This document shows positions 1 to 8,168 of a stretch of 21,434 bases of DNA, piece after piece. The notes beneath the pieces were generated by a model. It saw only the letters and a list, made by a program, of their open reading frames with translations. It did no database searches and was not told the origin of the DNA. The stretch covers positions 1 to 21,434 of the forward strand of contig JBEKZX010000025.1 in assembly GCA_049509455.1 (NCBI GenBank), given 5' to 3'. Made by a program: the position numbers and the translations under genes. Each line of letters starts with the position of its first letter. Positions within the stretch are counted from its first letter, which is position 1. This stretch comes from Conexivisphaerales archaeon. GTDB taxonomy: Archaea; Thermoproteota; Nitrososphaeria; Conexivisphaerales; DTJL01.

Positions 1-30
1 GCAGAGCAAATGTTAAATTTCTTATCATAG

Positions 31-2115
31 ATGCTAGTGGACATCGAAAGGAAAGCCAGTGTCTCCATCTTGGGCAACCAATCTCTTGTCAAGGTCGTCG
101 TCGTCGCCCCGAAGAGCGACGCAGAAAAGGTCTTCAGAGAGATGGCCCGCTTCAACTCATTCAGTGTCGTTGAGGACGACGCCTACAGGCAACGTTACGA
201 GCTGGCGGAAGAGATCAAGAAGCTCAGGGATCAGCTGGGCATCCTAGCCGGCTCACTTCTCCTCAAGGAGGAGCCAGGCGTCATCGAGGTACTCACAAAG
301 GGGTATCACATCAAGAAGGAAAAGTTCGAAGCGGATGGCTGGGAAGACTACGTCGCCAAGGTCAAAGCGGAGGCCGACCCCATATTGGCGGCCGCCAGCC
401 AGCTCAACGAAGATATCAGTGCAGTGCGCCGGCGGATAGAGGAGCTGGAGTCCCAGAGAAGCATTCTCGAGTTCGTATCGACCTTTCACGGAGATGTGGG
501 GGCCGTTTCCAGGATTAGTCGCTTCTACGCCCAGATTGCCATAGCCAAGACGAGCGACATCAAGGAGCTGACCAAGAGCTTGCCCATGACCTCCTTCTTC
601 AGCCAGGTCGTCAGCAAGAGGGATTCCGTCATCTTGGTCTTCGGGGAGAAGGGAGACGGCCAACGAATCGAGCGGGTCCTGAAGTCTTTTGAGACAAGGC
701 CGATAAGCCTGCCTCGTGAACTCTCTCAGGACCCGATCAAGGCCTACCAAGCCACGCTCAAGGAGATCGATTCTCTTCAAAAGAGGAGGGTAGAGCTGGA
801 GGGAGAGTTTGAGAGGTTCAAGGAGGAAAAAGGCGAACGAATCCTCTATCTTAAGGAGGCCAGCCAGATAGCATGCGGCGTCCTGTCCCACGCTTCGTCC
901 AACCCGTTTTCGCGTTTCATCAAGATTGAGGGTTACATTCCCAGCAGCAGGGTCGAGGAGTTCCGGAGCTCCCTCAAGGGATACATGGTGATAGTGGAGG
1001 AAACCGCCCACAAGGGACCGGCAGAAGGGAAGGCGATCCCTACTCTCATGAAGAACCCGAAGCCGGTGGACTCCTTCGAAGCCGTGACGCTCACCCAGGG
1101 TTCGCCCAGCTACACAGAGATCGATCCCACCTTCATTATTTCGCTCGTCTTCCCCATATTCTACGGCATTATGTTCGCCGACGCGGGCCAGGGCATCTTG
1201 ATGCTACTGTTGGGGCTCACGCTGTGGTTTAGGGGCACGGGCTCAATCAAGAAATGGGGCTTCGCCATCACCACCTTCGGCGCCGCGGCCACCGTCGTGG
1301 GGCTCCTGGTGGGAGAGGTCTTCGGATTCGAGCTGCACGAGGTTCCCGGCATCGGCCCGCTCCTCTCTCATATCGTGATCGAGAAGCTCCGAGACCCCGT
1401 GACGGGGATGCCCACCACCCAGATCATCCTTGGCCTCATGGTCTTCTCCATCATCGTCGGGATATTCCACATCTCCGCCGGCCTCATCCTGGACATAGCG
1501 AAATCCTGCAGGAGAGGAGAGAAGGTGGAGATGGTCATAATGAAGATCCCCACTCTCATCTTTTACATTTCCGGCGTGATGTTCGCACTCGCTTTCGTCG
1601 GAGGCGGATACAGCTTCGGAGGCTTGTCGTCATCTAGCGCCACTCCGCTCATCGGCATCCCTGTCAAGGTCACGACGTCGATAGCTATCCCCCTGATCCT
1701 CCTCATGATCGTCCTCATCGCCTTCGGCAGGGCGGCTGCATCCCTCGCTGGGAAGCTCCATTCAGAGGAGTCCCTGGGCATAATGATAATAGAGGGGATC
1801 GTGGAAGTGCTACTCAAGATTGTCGAGTTCCTCGCCAACTCTGTGAGCTACGCACGGCTGGGGATACTGTTGATCGTCCATACAATCTTGATGGGCGTCG
1901 TGAACATGGCCTGGACCAGCCTGGGCGTGGCGGGCCTCCCCATCCTGATATTCGGCAACATCGGCGTAATGATGCTGGAAGGGCTGATCGTCTACATACA
2001 GGACCTGAGGCTCCATCTCTACGAATGGTTCACGAAGTTCTATGAAGGCGACGGTACACCTTTCAAGAATCTCCTCCCCTACGCCCGTAGGGTAGAAGTC
2101 GTCTGGAAACCCTAG
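31..2115 (+). CDS. atpI: A/V-type ATP synthase subunit I (a-subunit)
   Basis: 694-aa ORF: soluble coiled-coil N-half, then PTLMKNP, P.Y.EIDPT, FYGIMFADAGQG, multiple TM helices, essential-Arg motif NSVSYARL and C-terminal LRLHLYEWFTKFYEGDG. In-frame TTG at 70 is an alternative start because the TATA-like TTAAAT at 13-18 is too close to ATG 31. Confidence 0.96.
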   Translation: MLVDIERKASVSILGNQSLVKVVVVAPKSDAEKVFREMARFNSFSVVEDDAYRQRYELAEEIKKLRDQLGILAGSLLLKEEPGVIEVLTKGYHIKKEKFEADGWEDYVAKVKAEADPILAAASQLNEDISAVRRRIEELESQRSILEFVSTFHGDVGAVSRISRFYAQIAIAKTSDIKELTKSLPMTSFFSQVVSKRDSVILVFGEKGDGQRIERVLKSFETRPISLPRELSQDPIKAYQATLKEIDSLQKRRVELEGEFERFKEEKGERILYLKEASQIACGVLSHASSNPFSRFIKIEGYIPSSRVEEFRSSLKGYMVIVEETAHKGPAEGKAIPTLMKNPKPVDSFEAVTLTQGSPSYTEIDPTFIISLVFPIFYGIMFADAGQGILMLLLGLTLWFRGTGSIKKWGFAITTFGAAATVVGLLVGEVFGFELHEVPGIGPLLSHIVIEKLRDPVTGMPTTQIILGLMVFSIIVGIFHISAGLILDIAKSCRRGEKVEMVIMKIPTLIFYISGVMFALAFVGGGYSFGGLSSSSATPLIGIPVKVTTSIAIPLILLMIVLIAFGRAAASLAGKLHSEESLGIMIIEGIVEVLLKIVEFLANSVSYARLGILLIVHTILMGVVNMAWTSLGVAGLPILIFGNIGVMMLEGLIVYIQDLRLHLYEWFTKFYEGDGTPFKNLLPYARRVEVVWKP

Positions 2116-3185
2116 GATATAATCAGCTTCGCTATTATGGCCGACGGCTGCAGCCCCACTTCGAGGCCGAAGGCTATAGATGAAAGATTCCGAACTTCGA
2201 CCTCCATGGCCTTCAATGCGCCAAGGAGTACGGGCTCCGACATGGGCGCCGTCGAAAAGGAGCGCCTTGCGGTGTCCAACGTCTTCCTATAAAACGCGTC
2301 CTCCACGCCACTGATCAGCGCCTCAGGCGAGGAAGCACTGGGCACCAGCTTCCTGTAAATGGTATGAGACAGGGCGGCCGCCGCCTGCATAAGGTTGGCC
2401 GACAGCATCTCCTCCATGGTGCCGGCATCGATGAAGAAGGCAGGCGTGACAAGGAACTCTCTCGCTTTGGCCGCCGGTATGTCGAGCCACTTGCTCCTGA
2501 GGATGGCCAAGATGTCAAAGGAATCCACGTCGGCCGCCACAATGGACCTCACGACGGCGTTCTGCTTCCCGTAGAGGCGACGAAGCCTCCCTTTCTTGGG
2601 GGCCAAAGCCTCCGCCAGCTTCCCCATCGTGTACCTGTCTATGTAAAGGTCGAAGGTGCTGACGTCCTTGGTCTGGCGAAACGTCGCCAGGGCCTGGGCC
2701 AGGAAGGGCTTGACCTCATAACCGTCCAGGAGGGCGATCACCTGATCCAGGGTGGATGCGGACAGGATCCTGACGATGAGGTCCCGACGTCCTGCCAGCT
2801 CCTCCGCCCTGAGGACTATCGTGTCGCTGAGCTCTTCGTAGGACAGGCCCATCGCCTTCCCTTTCACGGCCACCTTGAGGTTCCAGGAAAGGTTCCTTTC
2901 GAAGTAAGCCTCAAGGATGCTCGGCCTCCGGTAATACTTCAGGAGCTCGAAGTTGAAGACCGAAAGGCTCGACCTGAGCATCGATTCCAGCCTCCTCGCG
3001 GAGATGCCGCCCGCCGGACTGGTCAGCTGGTCTCCATATGCGGTCGTCTTGAGCTTGGAAGCCATCTCGTCGATGCTCCGGGAATTCGCCAGCTCCTCCA
3101 GGAAGGCCTTGGATAGGAGCGAGCCCTCCGACGCGTAGGCTTTCACGAACGAGAATACGTCCATCTGCTTGAGCGCGGCCGACAA
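2112..3185 (-). CDS. atpC: A/V-type ATP synthase subunit C (vATP-synt_AC39 family)
   Basis: 357-aa helical protein with N-terminal VKAYASEGSLLSK..EELANSRSIDE and C-terminal EVEVRNL..I..G motifs typical of AC39/NtpC; next to subunit H and I genes. TTG start at 3185, alternative ATG at 3164. Confidence 0.88.
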   Translation of the reverse strand: MSAALKQMDVFSFVKAYASEGSLLSKAFLEELANSRSIDEMASKLKTTAYGDQLTSPAGGISARRLESMLRSSLSVFNFELLKYYRRPSILEAYFERNLSWNLKVAVKGKAMGLSYEELSDTIVLRAEELAGRRDLIVRILSASTLDQVIALLDGYEVKPFLAQALATFRQTKDVSTFDLYIDRYTMGKLAEALAPKKGRLRRLYGKQNAVVRSIVAADVDSFDILAILRSKWLDIPAAKAREFLVTPAFFIDAGTMEEMLSANLMQAAAALSHTIYRKLVPSASSPEALISGVEDAFYRKTLDTARRSFSTAPMSEPVLLGALKAMEVEVRNLSSIAFGLEVGLQPSAIIAKLIIS

Positions 3186-3189
3186 GATA

Positions 3190-3522
3190 CTACGCCTCGC
3201 TCATCAGGATCTGAAGAACCAGCGTCCTGACGGCGGCCCTGCTCTCGTTCGCTTTGGCTTCGAAGGCAGCCTTCTCCGCTTGCCCGTGCCGGACTATTTC
3301 GGCGGCCTCCTTCTCGGCGGACTTCTTAGTAGTCTCTATGAGGTCGGATTTCTCCTCTTCGACTTCCCTCAACGTGGAGTTGTATGCTGCCTCCCCGCTC
3401 TCCTGCGCCAGCCTCATGAGCTCCAGCTTCCTGGCTTCGACCTTCTTCTTGAGATCGTCCAGAGAGGCCTCCAGGGAGGTCAAGTTCTTGAGCGCGGCTT
3501 CAACGGGGGACGCCTCCGACAA
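3190..3522 (-). CDS. Probable A/V-type ATP synthase peripheral stalk subunit H/G
   Basis: 110-aa E/K/A-rich coiled coil (KKSAEKEAAEIVRHG) directly upstream of atpC with a 4-nt gap; TTG start and TATA box TTTATATA at 3554-3561. Confidence 0.75.
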   Translation of the reverse strand: MSEASPVEAALKNLTSLEASLDDLKKKVEARKLELMRLAQESGEAAYNSTLREVEEEKSDLIETTKKSAEKEAAEIVRHGQAEKAAFEAKANESRAAVRTLVLQILMSEA

Positions 3523-3553
3523 TACGCTTCTCTCAGCCGATACATTGCGAGGA

Positions 3554-3561
3554 TATATAAA
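3554..3561 (-). promoter_or_regulatory. TATA box for atpH-atpC
   Basis: TTTATATA on the - strand, about 32 nt upstream of TTG 3522. Confidence 0.6.
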
Positions 3562-3802
3562 TCCATAGCCGACGCCAGTCTCCCTCGTTGCGTCGACGGC
3601 AACCCAAGAACGTCTCCCTTCAGGAGCCGAGCTGTTGGCAAGCCGCTGGGAGGAGACTTTCCGTCGCGGCAGGGGATCGGCGTCCTGTCGCGTTTTGGGA
3701 TGACGTACATCTGATTAGAAGAGCTATTCATACGAGGCTTGTACGAAGGTGCCCCCCGCGCGGATTTCATTAGCTCGTCGTCAGAGGGTCGACAGGAGCG
3801 TT

Positions 3803-3845
3803 TTAGTACACATTCGTACTGTAGTAATGTACGAGTCAGTACGAA
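3803..3845. repeat. 43-bp imperfect palindrome with four GTAC cores (operator-like array)
   Basis: GTAC at 3806, 3816, 3829 and 3839 (spacing 10-13-10), symmetric about 3824; TCGTAC (3814-3819) is inverted relative to GTACGA at 3829-3834 and 3839-3844. Confidence 0.65.
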
Positions 3846-3846
3846 C

Positions 3847-4121
3847 CTGGGGAAGAGGCTCCCGGACGACATCGTAAGGGAAGCGATGAGGCCTACGATG
3901 GAGGAAGGCCTCTCGTACAGGGAAATAGCGGCAATCCTGCGCATGCCTCCCAGCTCATTGGAACCCTATCTCAACGATGTACCAAAGGGCGTGAGGAAGG
4001 GGCCGGCGGTCATCGAAGTTCCTGTCTCAGGTGCAGGGCAACTAGTCTTGCATTCCCAGAGAATCTGTTGGTCTGCCTTGATGTCTCCGTGATAATCGAA
4101 GTCGGGCCGTTTCCTCTGTGA
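3847..4121 (+). pseudogene. Degenerate HTH DNA-binding protein with frameshifted Zn-ribbon-like tail
   Basis: From CTG 3847: (M)GKRLPDDIVREAMRPTMEEGLSYREIAAILRMPPSSLEPYL is HTH-like. After VIEVP the -1 frame from 4023 reads CLRCRATSLAFPENLLVCLDVSVIIEVG to TGA 4119-4121. The unshifted frame stops at 4090-4092. Confidence 0.45.
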
Positions 4122-4154
4122 ACCTTCCGAGCTGTCGCTATGGATTCACTGCAG

Positions 4155-4247
4155 CGGGCCCGGGAGGATTCGGACCCCCGATCTCCGGCTCCGAAGGCTT
4201 CCGCATCAGGTGATTCAGCGTCCTAATCCAAGCTAGACGACGGGCCC
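4155..4247 (-). tRNA. tRNA-Arg(TCG) with 17-nt intron (4199-4215) at position 29/30; CCA not encoded
   Basis: Acceptor GGGCCCG/CGGGCCC + G73; D-stem GTCT/GGAC; anticodon stem CTG|GC / GCCGG with loop CTTCGGA (TCG at 4194-4192); T-stem GGGGG/CCTCC. Intron AATCACCTGATGCGGAA folds into a bulge-helix-bulge with the exons. Confidence 0.95.
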
Positions 4248-4271
4248 GCGGGCTTTCTACTTCGTCATGGG

Positions 4272-4279
4272 CTTAAAAA
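4272..4279 (-). promoter_or_regulatory. TATA box of tRNA-Arg
   Basis: TTTTTAAG on the - strand, about 25 nt upstream of mature 5' end 4247. Confidence 0.6.
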
Positions 4280-4300
4280 GAAATACCTTCGTCCTCAGAC

Positions 4301-5416
4301 CTACGGCCGCTTCTCGATGGAGGTGTAAGGCCTGTACATCTCGCCTACATATTCGGCCCTCGGCCGAATGATCTTATTGTCCTGATACTGCTCCAGTATA
4401 TGCGCAAGCCAGCCTGCGGAGCGGCCGACCGAGAAGAAGAGCGGGTCCATGTAGGACTGGTATCCCAGCAGGTGCAGTATGGAACCCGTGTAGAGGTCCA
4501 GGTTGGAATAGAGACCCTTCTCCTTCTTCATGACCTTCTCCAGCTCGTCTATGATGTCGAGATACGTCGTGTTCCCCTTCCTCTTGGATATGTCTTGGAG
4601 GAAGGTGCGCATTATGGCAGCTCTCGGGTCCTGCAGCCGGTAAACGCGATGGCCGAAGCCCATGATTTTCTTCTTGTCAGCGAGCCTGCTCAGCACATAC
4701 TGCTCCGCCCTTCCGGGCTCGGCTATCTCCTCAAGCATATCAAAGGCCTGCTGGTTCGCTCCTCCGTGAAGAGGGCCCTTGAGGGCGCAGATGGCGCCAA
4801 CGAACGAAGAGTAAACGTCCGACAACGTCGAGGCGGCCACCCTGCCGGCAAAGGTTGAGGCGTTGAGCTCGTGGTCGGCGTGGAGGATCAGCAGCGCATC
4901 CAAAACCCTAGCGTCCTGCGGTTCCGGCTCAGTGCCATAGCTCGAGTAGAGGAACGTCGCTGCCAGCGACAGGTCCTTTCGCAGCGGGACGAACCATTCA
5001 CCCTGTTTTTGCCTGTAGACGGCCGAAATCAGGTTGGGCATCTTAGCTACGATTGACATGCTCTGCTTTAGAGGGTCGTTGGGAGCAATGTCGTAAAGGG
5101 AGAGCGCCGATACAGCCGTGCGCAGCATGTCCATCGCGTTCCGCTCGGCGGGGAAGCCTCCGATTATGGTTAGCACTTGGTTGGGAACGGGGCATCTGTT
5201 CTGGAGCTCCTGCCTGAAGCGGTCCAACTCTACCCTCTTCGGCAGGTTCCCGTAGAGGAGGAGGTAAGCCACCTCTTCGTAAGTGGACTTCTGGACGAGC
5301 TCCCCTACGTCGTAGCCCCGATACAGCAGGGTACCCTTGATGGCGTCGATGTAACAGATCCTGCTTTCGTTGGTGACGACGTCTTCCAGTCCCCTATGGA
5401 TGGCTGCGTCGGACAA
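4301..5416 (-). CDS. gltA: Citrate synthase (type I-sized; 2-methylcitrate/citrate synthase family)
   Basis: 371 aa; GLEDV, LLYRGY, DHELNASTF, GPLHGGANQ, MGFGHRVY and catalytic Asp in YSNLDLY; C-terminal IIRPRAEYVG. TTG start; TATA TTATTAAG at 5442-5449. Confidence 0.96.
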   Translation of the reverse strand: MSDAAIHRGLEDVVTNESRICYIDAIKGTLLYRGYDVGELVQKSTYEEVAYLLLYGNLPKRVELDRFRQELQNRCPVPNQVLTIIGGFPAERNAMDMLRTAVSALSLYDIAPNDPLKQSMSIVAKMPNLISAVYRQKQGEWFVPLRKDLSLAATFLYSSYGTEPEPQDARVLDALLILHADHELNASTFAGRVAASTLSDVYSSFVGAICALKGPLHGGANQQAFDMLEEIAEPGRAEQYVLSRLADKKKIMGFGHRVYRLQDPRAAIMRTFLQDISKRKGNTTYLDIIDELEKVMKKEKGLYSNLDLYTGSILHLLGYQSYMDPLFFSVGRSAGWLAHILEQYQDNKIIRPRAEYVGEMYRPYTSIEKRP

Positions 5417-5441
5417 ATCACCAGAACTGTACGGCAGGAGC

Positions 5442-5449
5442 CTTAATAA
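5442..5449 (-). promoter_or_regulatory. TATA box for citrate synthase
   Basis: TTATTAAG on the - strand, 26 nt upstream of TTG 5416. Confidence 0.55.
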
Positions 5450-5501
5450 TATTGCTTGGTTATCACTTTTATATAGAAGCTTAAGGCGATATCAACCATT
5501 A

Positions 5502-6530
5502 TTACTCCCGACCAGGCTCGCGAACTGTCATTTTTTCAAATGGTGGGTGCTCGATACCGCGATCAGTCACATAAGCGGTAACCAGCTCTGCCGGCGTCGC
5601 GTCGAACGCAGGGTTGAGCACCTTCACGCCTCTCGGCGCAATACGCCTCCCTCTTATCATGGTGACCTCTCTGGAGTCCCGCTCCTCTATTTTCACTTGG
5701 TCGGCCCTGCTCGTCAGGTCGAAGGTGGACCTCGGGAACGCTGAGTAGAATGGAACATAGTGCCGCTTGGCTAGGACGGCCACCTGATAGGTGCCGATCT
5801 TGTTGTACACCGTTCCGTCGGCGAGCACCCTGTCCGCCCCCAGAAACACCTCGTCCACTAGGCCCTTGGACATGGTCGAACCCACCATGGTGTCGCAGAT
5901 CAGAGTAACGTCGATGTGGTCCTCCATGAGCTCAAAGGTCGTCAGCCGTGCCCCCTGCAGGGCCGGCCTGGTCTCTGTCGCGAACACCTTTACATTCTTC
6001 CCCTGCGCCACAGCCGTCCTGACCGGCGCCAGCGCCGTGCCTAGACCCACCGTCGCCAAGGCGCCCGCGTTGCAGTGCGTCAAAATGGTGTCGCCGTCCT
6101 TGATGAGCGAAGCACCGTTCTCCCCGATCCGCGTGCTCATCTCCTTCTCTTCCTCCATAATGCGGATGGCTTCCTCCAGCGCCCTAGCCTTCATGCCTTT
6201 CACTGTCGAGACCCTCCCTGCGGCCCTGGAGACCCGTTGCGCCGCCCAGGCTAGGTTAACGGCCGTAGGCCTGGCCAGAGAAATGGAATCTGCGATGTCT
6301 ACCAACTTGCGCCTAAACGTCGCCGAATCGGCTTCTCGCGACCGGCCGGCTTCCAGCGCGACGCCGAAGGCGGCCACGACTCCAATCAGCGGAGCTCCTC
6401 TCACGACCATAGACTTTATGAAATCATGCGCGTCCTTCGCGTCCTTGACCTGGCGCCAGACCTTTCTCGACGGGAGAAGGCGCTGGTCCAGTACGCTGAG
6501 CGAGTTGTCTTCCCACAGGATGGGCTTCAA
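5502..6530 (-). CDS. mtnA: S-methyl-5-thioribose-1-phosphate isomerase (eIF-2B alpha-like family)
   Basis: 342 aa; LDQRLLP, MVVRGAPLIG, RPTAVNL, LTHCNAGALAT, ETRP.LQGARLT, GADR, NKIGTY, NPAFD.TP motifs. Confidence 0.93.
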   Translation of the reverse strand: MKPILWEDNSLSVLDQRLLPSRKVWRQVKDAKDAHDFIKSMVVRGAPLIGVVAAFGVALEAGRSREADSATFRRKLVDIADSISLARPTAVNLAWAAQRVSRAAGRVSTVKGMKARALEEAIRIMEEEKEMSTRIGENGASLIKDGDTILTHCNAGALATVGLGTALAPVRTAVAQGKNVKVFATETRPALQGARLTTFELMEDHIDVTLICDTMVGSTMSKGLVDEVFLGADRVLADGTVYNKIGTYQVAVLAKRHYVPFYSAFPRSTFDLTSRADQVKIEERDSREVTMIRGRRIAPRGVKVLNPAFDATPAELVTAYVTDRGIEHPPFEKMTVREPGRE

Positions 6531-6558
6531 GGTTCAGTATGAAGGGACGTCGCGAGGT

Positions 6559-6631
6559 CTTAAACGCTTTCTTGCGAAGTCCAAAAAGAGTTAAAAAGAA
6601 CCGATTTTCTAGCTTATCTCAGTCGGTGAGT
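6559..6631. promoter_or_regulatory. Divergent promoter region mtnA / psmA
   Basis: TTTAAG on the - strand (6559-6564) for mtnA; purine-rich BRE-like CAAAAAGAG (6582-6590) + TTAAAAA (6591-6597) on the + strand and SD GGTGAG (6626-6631) for psmA. Confidence 0.6.
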
Positions 6632-6638
6632 ATTCACA

Positions 6639-7382
6639 GTGTTTGCTCCATCAGCAGGATATGACAGAGCTCTTACAATATTCTCGCCCGATGGCCGCCT
6701 GTATCAGGTCGAATATGCCATCGAGACGGTGAGGCGGGGGACTCTCGCAATCGGCATCAAGTGTGACGAGGGGGTCGTGCTCTGCGCTGAGGAACGCGTC
6801 AGGAAACTTCAGAACGGCGAGCTGAGCCAGAAACTCTTCCAGGTGGACGACCATATCGGAATCGCTGCCGCCGGTTACGTCCCCGACGCCCGGGTCATGG
6901 TGGACCAGGCGAGGTCTCAGGCCCAGAACAATAGGCTGATATACGACGAGCCGATCGATGTCGAAGCCATCGCGCACCATCTGGGTGACGCGGCGCAGCA
7001 GTTCACGCAGTACGCTGGCGTGAGGCCATTCGGCGTCTCACTGATCGTGGCCGGGGTGGACAAGAACGGGCCCTCAATCTTCGTCACGGACCCCAGCGGC
7101 ACCTATCTGGGATACGACGCCGTAGCTATCGGCGGTGGCGGCGACCAGGTCAACGAACTCCTCGAGCAAAAGTACTCCCGCGGAATGTCCTTGGACGCGG
7201 CTTGCCTCCTTGCTGTCGAAAGCATCGGCAAGAGCGTCGAGGACAAGACAGAACCAAAACATATCAAGATGGCCGTCGTCGATGCGAAGTCGAAGATGAT
7301 GAGGAAGCTGACGGAAGAGGAGATAGACTCCTACGTCGCAAAGGTGTCGAAGCCCAGCGGACCCAATGACACCCCCAAGTAG
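6639..7382 (+). CDS. psmA: Proteasome subunit alpha
   Basis: 247 aa; signature YDRALTIFSPDGRLYQVEYA, RPFGVSLIVAG, DPSG; GTG start behind GGTGAG. Confidence 0.98.
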   Translation: MFAPSAGYDRALTIFSPDGRLYQVEYAIETVRRGTLAIGIKCDEGVVLCAEERVRKLQNGELSQKLFQVDDHIGIAAAGYVPDARVMVDQARSQAQNNRLIYDEPIDVEAIAHHLGDAAQQFTQYAGVRPFGVSLIVAGVDKNGPSIFVTDPSGTYLGYDAVAIGGGGDQVNELLEQKYSRGMSLDAACLLAVESIGKSVEDKTEPKHIKMAVVDAKSKMMRKLTEEEIDSYVAKVSKPSGPNDTPK

Positions 7383-7427
7383 ACCCTCATTTCAAGCTTG
7401 TCTCACTCGACGAAGAAGAAATATATC

Positions 7428-7435
7428 TTTATATT
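7428..7435 (+). promoter_or_regulatory. Internal promoter TATA for the SBDS-exosome genes
   Basis: GAAGAAGAAA purine run followed by TTTATATT; SD GTGAAGGAG before TTG 7468. Confidence 0.55.
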
Positions 7436-7467
7436 ACCCATGACTCATCGCCTAGTGAAGGAGAGAA

Positions 7468-8157
7468 TTGGCGGATAAGCTGACCACCGTCCGCTTTGTG
7501 GTGGGAGGCGACAGGTTCGAGATACTTGTCGATCCTGACGCGGCGCTGAACTACAAGCTGGGCAAGAGGGTGGACCTGAGCCAGATCCTGGCCTCCGACG
7601 AAATATACACCGATTCGAACAAGGGCCAGAAGGCTTCGGAGGAGAAGCTGATGAAATGCTTTAGGACTTCTAACTTCGAACAGGTGGCCCAGGCGATCCT
7701 TCAGAAGGGCGACATCCAGCTCACCACTGACCAGAGACGGAAGATGGTCGATGAAAAGCGGAAGCAGATCGTTAGCTTCATCTCCAAGAACTACGTCGAC
7801 CCGAAGACGAACCTGCCTCATCCCCCGTTGAGGATAGAGCAGGCTCTGCAACAGGTCCGCGTCGTGATCGATCCGAATAAAGATGCCGAAGAGCAGGCTA
7901 AGAAGGTCATTGACGAGCTTAGAGCCATCCTGCCCCTTAAGACGGGGAACATTAGGCTGAAGGTACAGGTTGACGCGGCTCACGCACCTCAGACGATGGG
8001 TACCCTGAAGAGCTTCGGCGAGATACTGAAGGAGGAATGGCGCAGCGACGGTGGCCTCAACGCGGTCATAGAGATACCGATAGCCGCCCAGAGAAGCCTC
8101 CTCGACAGGCTCGGATCCGCGACAAAGGGAACGGCCCAAGTCTCTCCCGTGGAGTAA
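7468..8157 (+). CDS. sdo1: Ribosome maturation factor SBDS/Sdo1
   Basis: 229 aa; RFEILVDPD, IQLTTDQRRKM, VDPKTNLPHPP.RIE; conserved position after psmA. Confidence 0.96.
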   Translation: MADKLTTVRFVVGGDRFEILVDPDAALNYKLGKRVDLSQILASDEIYTDSNKGQKASEEKLMKCFRTSNFEQVAQAILQKGDIQLTTDQRRKMVDEKRKQIVSFISKNYVDPKTNLPHPPLRIEQALQQVRVVIDPNKDAEEQAKKVIDELRAILPLKTGNIRLKVQVDAAHAPQTMGTLKSFGEILKEEWRSDGGLNAVIEIPIAAQRSLLDRLGSATKGTAQVSPVE

Positions 8158-8168
8158 TAGAAACCAAA

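Noticed and set aside
3697-3714. GGGATGA-N7-CTGA as part of a second C/D sRNA
   Set aside because: The spacer is too short for a guide and no partner boxes were found.
3588-3773. 61-aa + strand ORF starting about 27 nt after the TATATAAA at 3554-3561
   Set aside because: Arg/Pro-rich, no recognisable motif, and the TATA is already explained by atpH on the - strand.
3570-4154. attL/attR duplication of the tRNA-Arg 3' end or an intact integrated element
   Set aside because: I found no second copy of the tRNA 3' sequence and no integrase or transposase in the window.
8037-8168. N-terminal extension of Rrp4 in the track
   Set aside because: Overlaps SBDS by 121 nt; conserved sequence and an SD-backed TTG start at 8169.
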